Origin: Terriglobales bacterium
Lineage (GTDB): Bacteria; Acidobacteriota; Terriglobia; Terriglobales; Acidobacteriaceae
Direction: 5' to 3'
NCBI GenBank assembly: GCA_049591935.1
Contig: JBAWFN010000069.1
Location: forward strand, 34,139 to 98,138
Length of the DNA stretch: 64,000 nt
Made by a program: the position numbers and the translations under genes. The notes under the pieces are model-generated. The model was not told where the DNA came from. It made no database searches and saw only the letters and a program-made list of their open reading frames with translations. Of this stretch, positions 26,264-34,764 are shown in pieces (position 1 is the stretch's first letter; each line of letters starts with the position of its first letter).

Positions 26264-27175
26264 CTATGCGGGGACTGTTCCCTTGCCGACGACCACCGCC
26301 TCGCCGCCGACCCGAACCTCTTCGAGAACCCCAGCGCGGATGGAGAGCGCTATGTGAATATGGCTCGGGCGGCCCATGCGGACGCCTTGGAGACTCACGA
26401 GCCGCGACGCAGTCTTGGCCGATACAGCGTTGTACTTGAGCAGATACGCGCCCAGCGGTCCACTCGCGCCGCCGGTGCCCGGATCCTCCGGGATGCCTAA
26501 GACGGGTGCGAACATTCGACTGTAGACCGTGGCGCCATCGTCGGCCGGCTCAGGCGAGAATAAGAAAACGGGGAGCTCCTCGAGACTCACCGCGCGGAGT
26601 AACGTGCACAACCTCGTACGTTCGACGGCTGCCGCATCGACCGCCGCGCGCGAGTTTAGCGCAACGTACAGAAACGGGACTCCGGACGATGCGACTTGCA
26701 CCGGCAAGTTTCCGCCCGCAAGGTCGCACGGCTGGATGCCTAGCGCTGCCGCAACCGCAACGACGTCGGTGACGATGGGCCCGAATGTCGGAATCGGTTG
26801 CGTCATCCAGGCAAAGCGCAAGCCGTTCTGACCCCATTCGAGTCCCACGGTCGTTGGTCCGATGCCGAGGCCGAGCACCGTCTTGTCGGCGCCCGCACGC
26901 AGTCGTCCCGCTCCCGCGAGCGCAAAAGTCGTTCCGACCGTCGGACTTCCAGCCATCGGCAGCTCCTGGGATGGCGTGAAAATGCGAACGCGCGCGTCGG
27001 TCCCGGAACCCTCGGGAGGAAATACGAACGTGGTTTCGGGGAGAGCCATTTCATTTGCGATCCTCTGCATCTGCCTTTCGTCCATTCCCTCCGCATCGAG
27101 GAACACGGCCAACTGGTTGCCCGCGTATGGTTGATTCGTAAAAACATCGAGATGGACGTACTGAAGAACAGGCAT
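26264..27175 (-). CDS. PhzF-family isomerase-like protein
   Basis: 303-aa ORF. MPVLQYVHLDVFTNQPYAGNQLAVFLDAEGMDERQMQRIANEMALPETTFV is the canonical PhzF N-terminus. The second-half repeat is present. Confidence 0.85.
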   Translation of the reverse strand: MPVLQYVHLDVFTNQPYAGNQLAVFLDAEGMDERQMQRIANEMALPETTFVFPPEGSGTDARVRIFTPSQELPMAGSPTVGTTFALAGAGRLRAGADKTVLGLGIGPTTVGLEWGQNGLRFAWMTQPIPTFGPIVTDVVAVAAALGIQPCDLAGGNLPVQVASSGVPFLYVALNSRAAVDAAAVERTRLCTLLRAVSLEELPVFLFSPEPADDGATVYSRMFAPVLGIPEDPGTGGASGPLGAYLLKYNAVSAKTASRLVSLQGVRMGRPSHIHIALSIRAGVLEEVRVGGEAVVVGKGTVPA

Positions 27176-27524
27176 TGGGTTCCCACTCCTTTATTCGAGC
27201 TAATTTAACCACGTTTGCCACTCCCAACTCGATTGGGCCGGAAATCTGGTCGGTCGTGTCGTGTGGGCAGGCCCTAAACCAACAATTGGCGGTACCTAAC
27301 CTGGTGGCTTTGCTATCATACATCGTATGTTGGCTAACTGTCTATATAATAACGAATCGTATTCCGAGGTGCGAAATTCGTCAGCGTTATGATCGGCTCG
27401 GGGCTTTACAGGCGGGATGGGTGTGTGTCATAATTATTCGTTAGTTAGCTAAGTGTCATCACAGAATAACCGGACAGAGTCGTGGTTGACCGGTGAAGTA
27501 CAAGCCGACTGCGAGGAGGAGATA

Positions 27525-27980
27525 ATGTCCGTATACGAAAAACTCGACGCTCTCAACATCACACTTCCAGAACTCACGCCTCCGGTGGCAGCTTTTGTAC
27601 CTTTCATGCGTGTCGGCAATTTGCTTTTGTTGTCTGGTCATATCGCTAAGAGCAACGGCAAGCCCTGGGTTGGCCAGCTTGGGGCGAATCTCACCACCGA
27701 ACAAGGGAAGAACGCCGCTCGCGGCGTGGCCATCGATTTAATGGGCACACTTCACGCCGCGGTGGGCGACCTAAACAAGATTAAGCGTATCGTGAAGCTG
27801 ATGGTGCTTGTGAACAGTGCTCCAACATTCACCGAACAGCACCTAGTGGCAAATGGTGCTTCTGAGCTTTTCGGAGAAGTATTTGGAGATACAGGGAAGC
27901 ACGTTCGCAGCGCCTTCGGAGTCGCGCAGATTCCCTTTGGGTCCTGTGTGGAAATAGAACTAGTTGCGGAGCTTCTCTGA
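27525..27980 (+). CDS. RidA/YjgF/UK114-family protein
   Basis: Start at ATG 27525 after GAGGAGGA. MSVYEKLDALNITLPELTPPVAAFVPFMRVGNLLLLSGHI...SAFGVAQIPFGSCVEIELVAELL. Confidence 0.85.
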   Translation: MSVYEKLDALNITLPELTPPVAAFVPFMRVGNLLLLSGHIAKSNGKPWVGQLGANLTTEQGKNAARGVAIDLMGTLHAAVGDLNKIKRIVKLMVLVNSAPTFTEQHLVANGASELFGEVFGDTGKHVRSAFGVAQIPFGSCVEIELVAELL

Positions 27981-28022
27981 GGCCTGGAAATGCGCGTTAA
28001 ACGATGAAAGGATGAAGTCTCG

Positions 28023-28061
28023 ATGAAGGGGATCTCTGTAGGCGAATTTGGCGGTCCTGCT
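28023..28061 (+). pseudogene. remnant of a quinone-oxidoreductase gene (first ~13 codons only)
   Basis: MKGISVGEFGGPA directly after ridA parallels MKAICVSEFGGPE, the start of the intact qor at 31988(-). Homology is lost after codon 13. Confidence 0.4.
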
Positions 28062-28341
28062 ATTCGGCGAGTCGTCTGTTTTATAGCTGCTGGCCGCTCA
28101 GTCGCCAGCCGATAGGACGGTAGTCAATCGGCGGGGATCTTGGCGGCGGGAACCGCACGTTCCACCTGCTGGATACTCGCGTCGTACGGGCTCTTGCCCG
28201 GACAACTGACACAGGTAGTGAACAAGAACGGAAAGGTGCCGATCGTCGGGGTCGCCAAATCGGAAGCGCGTGGGCGGCCGCGACGGTCTTTATGACCAGC
28301 GTCGAAGTGAGACGAAGCACGCTTGGGAGTTGGAGGAAAAC

Positions 28342-29625
28342 TTGACTGCCAATACGACAGAATCTCTTGATCCGCAGAACCCGGGCAGCTTTCGGCAACT
28401 TGCCCACAAATCGCTGGACGACGCGATCGACTACATGCTCGGCATTCGGGACGGACCGGTGTGGCGGGGCGTCCCGGACTCAGTAAAGCTCGCATTGCGG
28501 GAGGCAACACCGGATGAAGGCCAGGATCCGGAGCAAGTTTATGAGGACTTCCGCAAATGGGTTGTTCCATATGTCTACGCGAATGCTCATCCACGGGCAT
28601 GGGGCTGGGTGATTGGCGCTGGGACGCCTCAGGGTATCGCTCACCAGATGTGGACTGCGGCACTGAACTCAAACGTCTTCGGAGCAGATCAATCGCCGAA
28701 CTACGTTGAGGAACAGGTCTTGACGTGGTTCAAGGAAAAGATCGGTGTCGCCCCCGAATGCTCCGGCATTTTCGTGAGCGGTACATCTATCGCCACTCTC
28801 ACCGCACTCGCGATTGCGCGGACGGCAATCTTGGGGAACGCCGTGTTGAACGGAGGGCTACAGGGATGCGCAAAACGTGTTGCACTTTATTGCTCCGCGG
28901 AAACTCATCTCAGCGTCGAAAAGGCAGTCGTGCTTCTTGGTATGGGCGCCGATGCCATCAGGCGAATCGCGGTTGACGACAGGTTTCGCATACGGCTTCC
29001 GGAGCTGGCGGCGACCATCGAGAAAGATCGTCAGGAGGGCTGTATTCCTCTCTGCGTGGTAGGTAACGCCGGCACAGTGAACACCGGTGCAACCGACGAC
29101 CTGCAGGAACTCGCGGCGATTTGCGAGCGAGAGCGAATGGGGTTTCACGTCGATGGCGCGTTCGGCGCACTCTTGAAGCTGTCACCCTCCCTCAGTCCGA
29201 TCGTGGCTGGCCTTGAGAAGGCCGACTCCATCGCGTTCGATCTCCACAAGTGGATGCACGTCCCCTATGACGCCGCCTGTCTGCTGACTCGACATCCCCA
29301 GCATCACAGAACGACCTTCTCGGCTCCGGGTGCCTACGTGGAAAAGCACAAACGAGGCATCGGATCTGGCACGTCTTATATCGGCCTCGGCATCGAAACT
29401 TCCAGACCGTTTCGGGCTCTAAAAGTCTGGTGTGCCCTCAAGGAGCACGGTTTTAGGAAATACGCACGCATGATCGAGCACAATGTTGAGCAGGCACGGC
29501 TCCTCGCCGACAAGTGGGTGACTGGTAAATCACTGGTTATGGAGGCGAGGTCGACGCCCGGGATAGCACTCACGCGCCGCACCGCTTCCCGCACAAAAGT
29601 ATGCAAAATCTCAGGCTGGGCGTAG
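28342..29625 (+). CDS. group II pyridoxal-phosphate-dependent decarboxylase, C-terminally disrupted near 29520
   Basis: Probable TTG start at 28342 (GGAGGA upstream). DDAIDYMLGIRDGPVW, SGTSIATLTAL, PLP-lysine block FDLHKWMHVPYD. Homology ends about ...EQARLLADKW. The last ~35 codons are antisense to a permease fragment. Confidence 0.65.
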   Translation: MTANTTESLDPQNPGSFRQLAHKSLDDAIDYMLGIRDGPVWRGVPDSVKLALREATPDEGQDPEQVYEDFRKWVVPYVYANAHPRAWGWVIGAGTPQGIAHQMWTAALNSNVFGADQSPNYVEEQVLTWFKEKIGVAPECSGIFVSGTSIATLTALAIARTAILGNAVLNGGLQGCAKRVALYCSAETHLSVEKAVVLLGMGADAIRRIAVDDRFRIRLPELAATIEKDRQEGCIPLCVVGNAGTVNTGATDDLQELAAICERERMGFHVDGAFGALLKLSPSLSPIVAGLEKADSIAFDLHKWMHVPYDAACLLTRHPQHHRTTFSAPGAYVEKHKRGIGSGTSYIGLGIETSRPFRALKVWCALKEHGFRKYARMIEHNVEQARLLADKWVTGKSLVMEARSTPGIALTRRTASRTKVCKISGWA

Positions 29626-30941
29626 CGATCCATTTCGGGGTTGTTGGGTACCGGTAGCCAGAGACTGGCAGCGACAATTCTGGAGGGATTGAAACCGGGA
29701 TTTTCCTGCAGTAATCCCCAAAACGTGCGCAAGAGCAGCCCCGCTCCCACCATCAGAACCACCGCCAGGGCGGATTCTGAGGCGATCAGCACACCACGCA
29801 AGCGGCTGGTTTTACCACTGGTGCCCGAGCCCCGGCCTCCTTTCCGGATCGCCACGGCAATTTCGGCTTTCGAGGATTGCAAGGCCGGAACTAATCCGAA
29901 GCCGAGCCCGGCAAGAAGGGAAACCACTAACGCGAAAGCCAGCACCGTCCAATCCACCTGCGCCTCGGCCAGCCGCGGAGTTCGCGCGGGTAGAAACTGC
30001 ACAAAATGCAACGCTGCCATGGCGGTCAGCGCCCCGACAATGCCGGAGACCAGAGACAGTATCAGCGACTCGGTGAGCAACTGCCGAATCATACGCGAGC
30101 GGCTTGCACCCAAGGCCAAGCGCACGGCCATCTCCCGTTGTCTTCCCGAAGCCCGCGCCAGCAGAAGATTGGCGACGTTGACCGAGGCCAGCAAAATGAT
30201 TAGAACCACCGCGCCCATCAGCACCAACAACATAGGCCGGACATTGCCCACCAGCGACTCCTGCAAGGGTACAATCTCAATCGAAAAGTCGGAGCCGGCA
30301 GGATAATCGTTGGCGTATTCTGCCCGCAGCTGGGACGCGAACGCATTCAACCGCGCTTGCGCCTGCTCCCGGCTGATTTCGGGCTTCAAAAGCCCGATCG
30401 CTCCGGGGGCTACCCGCAGGCTGCGATTAGGTTTCGGGTAGGGATCGGCCCTGAATCCCGTTGCTTGCCACACTTCGACATCCGTGACAACCGTGGTGCC
30501 GTCCTCGCTCCGGATGGACTCGACTTCGAATATGCCCGTCATGGTCTCAACCCGAATGCGGCCACACTTCAATCGATTCTCCAACAAGGCGATGGTGATG
30601 GCGGCGATGGTTGCATGCCCGGACACTCCCATCTCGTGATCTGGCACGAAGTAGCGGAGCCGAATGTCTGCAGCTTTCATCCGAGGGTGCAGAATGAACG
30701 CAGTGTCGAGCCCGAACTTGCGCGCGAGACGTTGCATCTGGCGATCGGTGAGCTTGTCGGCGAAAGGTACGACCGGGCACGGATTGCCGCCATCCTGGCT
30801 GGCCGCAAACACTCGGGTATGCACGACCTCAACCGCTTTCACAAGTTCCTCTCTGCCAGTTTTCGCTTTCGCCGTACCCATAAGGACAGTAGGGAGCCAA
30901 GCTGCAATTTGAAGGAAGGAGCGACGGCTCAGTTCCACCAC
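29376..30941 (-). pseudogene. chimeric ORF: Tat-signal PhzF-like N-terminal fragment, internal ADOP/FtsX-type permease fragment, then antisense decarboxylase tail
   Basis: Residues 1-~152: SRRSFLQ twin-Arg signal, then GGNPCPVVPF..DRQMQRLARKF..MGVSGHATIAA (PhzF-like). Residues ~154-474: LLKPEISREQAQARLNAFASQLRAEYANDYP..VGNVRPMLLVLMGAVVLIILLASVNVANLLLARASGRQREMAVRLALGASR (first FtsX module of a MacB/ADOP-type permease, running into the second extracytoplasmic domain). The last 47 residues have no homology. Confidence 0.6.
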
Positions 30942-31022
30942 AACATTTCCATGGGAGTGGTCTGCGATTGTTCCGTTCTACTCCATCGGCACCTGGACTG
31001 AACTCCATTGCCGGGTCTGAGG

Positions 31023-31988
31023 TCAGGGGATGAGGACAATCTTGCCCCGTGCACCGGCTTCCATGACTCGCCGGTGGGCTTCGGGGGCCGATGCCAGGGG
31101 CAACTCGGCGGCAATCACCGGACGCAGGGTTCCGTTTCCCAATCCTGCCTGCAGAGCGGCATTCGCCTCCGACGCTTCTGCTCCTGGTACCTTCCAGAGA
31201 AAAACTCCGAATACGGCCGCCTCATGCGTCATGATGTCTCGCGGATTAATTTCGACATTTCCTCGACATCCGACCACAACGACTCGTCCGCGATAGGCCA
31301 GGATTTTCAAATCGTGGGCCAGGTTTACGTTGGCCAACATCTCGAGGATGACATCGACTCCACCCCCGTTCGTTAGCTCGAGAATCTGCTTGTGATAATC
31401 CGTAGAGCGGTGGTTGATTGCCTCAAGCGCTCCCTCTTTCTTCACCAGCTGCAGGCCTTCCTCGCTTCCTGCCGTGCCGATGACCTTCATACCCGCCGCA
31501 CACGCGAACTGAACCGCGGCCAACCCGACGCCACCGCTGGCTCCGTGGACGAGCAGACTCTCACCGGGCCTCGCTTGCGCCAGCTGAAACAACGCACGAT
31601 ACGCAGTGGCATAAGGAACGTAAACGCCCGCGCCCTGAGCGTAGCTCACGCGCTCAGGCAGTGGGTGAACCTGGGAACGCTTGCACAACGCCAACTCCGC
31701 ATAGGCCCCGGTGATCGTCCCAGTGGTATAGACACGATCCCCCGGCCTCAGGTCGACATCCGTTGCCACCGATTCCACGATTCCGGCGGCGTCCGAACCG
31801 GGGGTAAAGGGCAGGGCCGGATTCCCGGAGCCGTAGGCGCCAGAGCGCATGTAGGTGTCGTAGGGGTTCACACCCGCGGCATTCACACGAACTACGACTT
31901 CCCCGGATTGGGGCGGTCGGGGGTCGGGCATGGCTTCCAGTTTCAGAACTTCAGGGCCGCCGAATTCGCTAACGCAGATCGCCTTCAT
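31023..31988 (-). CDS. qor: NADPH:quinone oxidoreductase (zeta-crystallin, MDR family)
   Basis: Start at MKAICVSEFGGPEVLKLE (complement of 31986-31988). Cofactor loop LLVHGASGGVGLAAVQFA. The track ORF extends to 32096 only because a ridA remnant is fused in-frame upstream. Confidence 0.85.
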   Translation of the reverse strand: MKAICVSEFGGPEVLKLEAMPDPRPPQSGEVVVRVNAAGVNPYDTYMRSGAYGSGNPALPFTPGSDAAGIVESVATDVDLRPGDRVYTTGTITGAYAELALCKRSQVHPLPERVSYAQGAGVYVPYATAYRALFQLAQARPGESLLVHGASGGVGLAAVQFACAAGMKVIGTAGSEEGLQLVKKEGALEAINHRSTDYHKQILELTNGGGVDVILEMLANVNLAHDLKILAYRGRVVVVGCRGNVEINPRDIMTHEAAVFGVFLWKVPGAEASEANAALQAGLGNGTLRPVIAAELPLASAPEAHRRVMEAGARGKIVLIP

Positions 31989-32135
31989 CGGGAGGGCATC
32001 CTTATCATCGCTAAACGTACACTGCCTACATTCGGACAGTTCAACGACCGGTTCTATTTCCACGCAGGATTCAAACGGAATCCGAACAGGTCCCAACGGA
32101 ATTCGAGGGCTGCCGAAGGCTTTGCGAATGCGTCT
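31989..32135 (-). pseudogene. RidA C-terminal remnant fused in-frame to qor
   Basis: Minus-strand frame opens after a TGA at 32136-32138: RRIRKAFGSPRIPLGPVRIPFESCVEIEPVVEL... parallels the ridA end HVRSAFGVAQIPFGSCVEIELVAELL. The stop codon is lost. Confidence 0.45.
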
Positions 32136-32740
32136 TCACATATGTAAATTAGCTAACTGACGACGTATAATGGCACGAAATAATCTCGCGTGTCAAGTTT
32201 CAGATGCCGGCTGCACACACTGACTGGAGCAGCTGGAAACCGTGACCGATGTGTTTACTCGGTTCGTCGCACTCACGACAGTCAGTAGGTCGTTTGCGCT
32301 GGAGGAGGGGCGTCTCTAATGCAGCCCCATGGTTTTGGGCGCTCCGTCGGACCACAAGGGCGCCAGAACGTTACCTGTCGTGAAATAGGTGTCTTAGATG
32401 TTGCACGCAACCGCGTCCTAGCTTATGCAAGAGCGAACCAACCAGATGATCTTCGAGGCGTGGCAGGGCTTACATCCCGATCCGGTGGTTCAGGCCGGAG
32501 ACCACTTCCTCGATATACGCGTTTCCTTGCGGAGATGGGAGTCTCGGATGCGAGGCAAACGAAGATCACGATCGGAGACTCGCGATGCCCGAAGAGCGCT
32601 ATTTTCAGCATGAAGCGCAGCAATATTGATAGGATCGATCCAGCGATGCCGGACCCATTGGCGAAGTCGGCAACAAGGCACGCGAATGAGGCTCTAGACC
32701 GCCGCAAATCTCTACGGAAGTGTTACTATGATTAGGGAGT

Positions 32741-33055
32741 GTGCTAAACGTAATGATATCGACTGTCGCGATCCGGGCTCTCGCGAACGAGCGCAGACTA
32801 CAGATTCTTGAGTGGCTTAAGAACCCAACCAAGCACTTCCCCCCGCAAGTCGACGGCGATTTGGTGAAGGATGGGGTTTGCGGCTGCCTCATTGCGCGCA
32901 AGCTTCGCGTTAGCCAACCGACCACGAGCGAACACATGAAGATTTTGTGCCAGGCCGGACTGACCCGCCCCAAGCGAATCAAGAAGTGGACCTTTTACAA
33001 GCGCGACGAGGCCAGAATCAAGCAAATCAAGAAAGCCATTCTAGCGAAAGTGTAG
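32741..33055 (+). CDS. ArsR-family winged-HTH transcriptional regulator
   Basis: 104-aa ORF. IRALANERRLQILEWLKNP...CLIARKLRVSQPTTSEHMKILCQAGLTRPKRIKKWTFY. Confidence 0.7.
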   Translation: MLNVMISTVAIRALANERRLQILEWLKNPTKHFPPQVDGDLVKDGVCGCLIARKLRVSQPTTSEHMKILCQAGLTRPKRIKKWTFYKRDEARIKQIKKAILAKV

Positions 33056-33149
33056 GAACCCACCGGGGAAGTATGCCGCAACTCATGTGCTCGCGGTGAG
33101 CTTCGTCTGCTACTGCCGCGTAGATGTCGTGTGGTATCGCGTCCTGCAC

Positions 33150-33399
33150 CTTCAATGAAGTCCACGCCACGGGTCCGAAGCATATCGACGGTCTGTCGGG
33201 CTTCCGTGGGGTCCTTCACCGAGATGAACTGTGGCATCTTGAAAGGCAGTGGGCCTTGTACAATCGGCCCCGCAACAACCAGATGCGGCCCGAGTGTCGT
33301 GCCATCATCTGTCTCCTCGCGGAGCTGGAGGATATCTTCGAGAGGCGACCCCATGTCTCGTAGGCCGGTAATGCCACCCGCCAGCTTGCTACACCGCAT
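33150..33399 (-). pseudogene. amidohydrolase-family internal fragment
   Basis: LAGGITGLRDMGSPLEDILQLREETDDGTTLGPHLVVAGPIVQGP...KDPTEARQTVDMLRTRGVDFIE. It resembles the corresponding region of the amidohydrolase at 62949+ but lacks the N-terminal HxH block and the C-terminal half. Confidence 0.5.
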
Positions 33400-33429
33400 C
33401 GCGCAATGCCGTATCCGCCTGCCGTAGCA

Positions 33430-33599
33430 CTAACGCCGCCGCAGTCCGGCCTCACCCAACTCCGCGTAGCGATCTTTCCACACGTACAGCCGCTTGCGTC
33501 GAATTCCCAACTCCTCCGCCACCGCCCTTACGCTTTCTTCCGCTGCACCGCCCTCAACTTCAACTCCATCGCGTACTCAGCTTGGTTCTCTTGTGACAT
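33430..33599 (-). pseudogene. IS3-family transposase OrfA (HTH) fragment, frameshifted
   Basis: MSQENQAEYAMELKLRAVQRKKA*, then in the +1 frame EESVRAVAEELGIRRKRLYVWKDRYAELGEAGLRRR*. Joined, these give the IS3/IS911 OrfA HTH pattern (L.AV......S...VA.ELGI....LY.W...Y). Confidence 0.6.
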
Positions 33600-33886
33600 G
33601 CGTTCTTCTCCTCCACAACTGTCACCATTTTCCGTGTCTCGGTTTTGGGGGTCCACTCCAGGGGACAGTCTCCCGTTTTGCACCTAACCCCGTGCAGTTG
33701 ACATTCGTCAGCTTTCGCTGATAGTTGGGCTCTGATCTGCAGGCAGAGGACGCACAACTGTAGAGGCCGTCAGCGACAGATCTTGTTTTGCCGCCCGCGA
33801 TCAAAAGGCAACGAAGAATAGGGCGAAGGAAGTTTCCCTGAAGAATTTGAGGCCCGAAACAGCCACGATCCAGTGATTTTGGAATT

Positions 33887-33908
33887 GGGGACTACGCCCG
33901 TAGTCCCT
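33887..33908. repeat. two TAGTCCC heptamers (one inverted, one direct) 13-34 nt from the tRNA 3' end
   Basis: GGGGACTA at 33887-33894 and TAGTCCCT at 33901-33908. This is the same motif as the five-copy array at 20837-20891. Confidence 0.5.
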
Positions 33909-33920
33909 CAAATCCGTAAA

Positions 33921-33997
<77 letters not shown>

Positions 33998-34028
33998 CAT
34001 TCATCATAGCAACGTCACCAGGGAGCGT

Positions 34029-34059
34029 CAAACCGCGCGATCAGTGCTCGCGCGGTTTG
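34029..34059. terminator. 12-bp perfect hairpin between the peroxiredoxin gene and the tRNA
   Basis: CAAACCGCGCGA (34029-34040), loop TCAGTGC, TCGCGCGGTTTG (34048-34059). Lies 7 nt downstream of the prx stop on the minus strand. There is no U-tract on that strand. Confidence 0.4.
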
Positions 34060-34065
34060 TCTCGC

Positions 34066-34635
34066 TTAGTTCTTTAATTTCGGGCGCTGGCAGGCGTCCA
34101 CGATCTTGGTTGGATCGATGGCGTCCTTATCTACTTGCTCCTCCATGATCTTGCCGTCTTTGCCGATGAGGAAGTTCACGCGGCGCGCGGCTTTGTATTT
34201 GTCGAGATAGATGCCGTACTGACGAGTCACGTCTCCGCCCCAATCACTGAGCAGGGGAAAGGTCACTCCAATTTGGTCGGCGAAGGCTTTGTTGGCGAAG
34301 GGGCTATCCATACTCACACCCAGGACCTGGGTGTCGGCGGCTTCCAGCTTCTGTAAATCCTTCTGGAAGGCCTTCATCTGAGCAGTTCAACCCCCGGTGA
34401 ATGCGAAGATGTAAAACGCCAGCACCACGTTTTTCTTGCCGCGATAATCGCTGAGCTTGACGTCTTTCAGGTCCTCGCCGGTGAAATATTGCATTTTGAA
34501 GTCGGGCGCAACATCGCCGACTTTCAATTTGGGCGGTGGTGGCTGATCTGCCGCATTCGCGGGGCGAACAATTGGCGACACAAGAGCCAAAAAAAGCAGG
34601 AAAACAACTTCGGCAACAATCCCAACTTTTCTCAT
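34066..34635 (-). CDS. secreted Bcp/PrxQ-type peroxiredoxin with in-frame UGA (probable selenocysteine) at the peroxidatic position
   Basis: Track ORFs 34387..34635 and 34066..34377 share one frame and are separated only by TGA (complement of 34387-34389) plus three sense codons. Read-through gives ...[55 protein letters not shown]..., which aligns with Bcp FYPKAMTPGCTVQAC. Signal peptide at the N-terminus. Confidence 0.65.
34339..34372 (-). promoter_or_regulatory. candidate bacterial SECIS hairpin 14 nt downstream of the UGA
   Basis: mRNA GGCCUUCCAG (34372-34363) pairs with CUGGAAGCC (34347-34339): 9 bp with one bulged C and a 15-nt loop. An alternative small hairpin is CCUU-CCAG-AAGG. Confidence 0.4.
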
Positions 34636-34764
34636 TTGGATACGCTCCTTCGAGGTTCATTGTCGCAGCAAAGCGGGAGTGACGCCAGAGGGTCGCGGCC
34701 CATTGCGTAAGCATCGGAGAAACCAGTACATTGCTTTCGGGGAGCGAGAGCGCCTCGTCCCGCC

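Noticed and set aside
32097-32740. Overlapping ORFs 32319..32735(+), 32423..32707(-) and others in a 640-bp gap
   Set aside because: No frame shows a recognisable family, a good SD or protein-like composition. The region lies in the decayed island between the ridA remnant and the ArsR-like gene, so I treat it as a non-coding scar. A BLASTX could still reveal a fragment.
34066-34635. Peroxiredoxin interpreted as a plain nonsense-mutated pseudogene
   Set aside because: I considered this but judged it less likely. The single stop is TGA, it falls exactly on the catalytic Cys codon, the downstream frame and homology are intact, and a hairpin follows at SECIS distance. It remains possible if the genome lacks sel genes.
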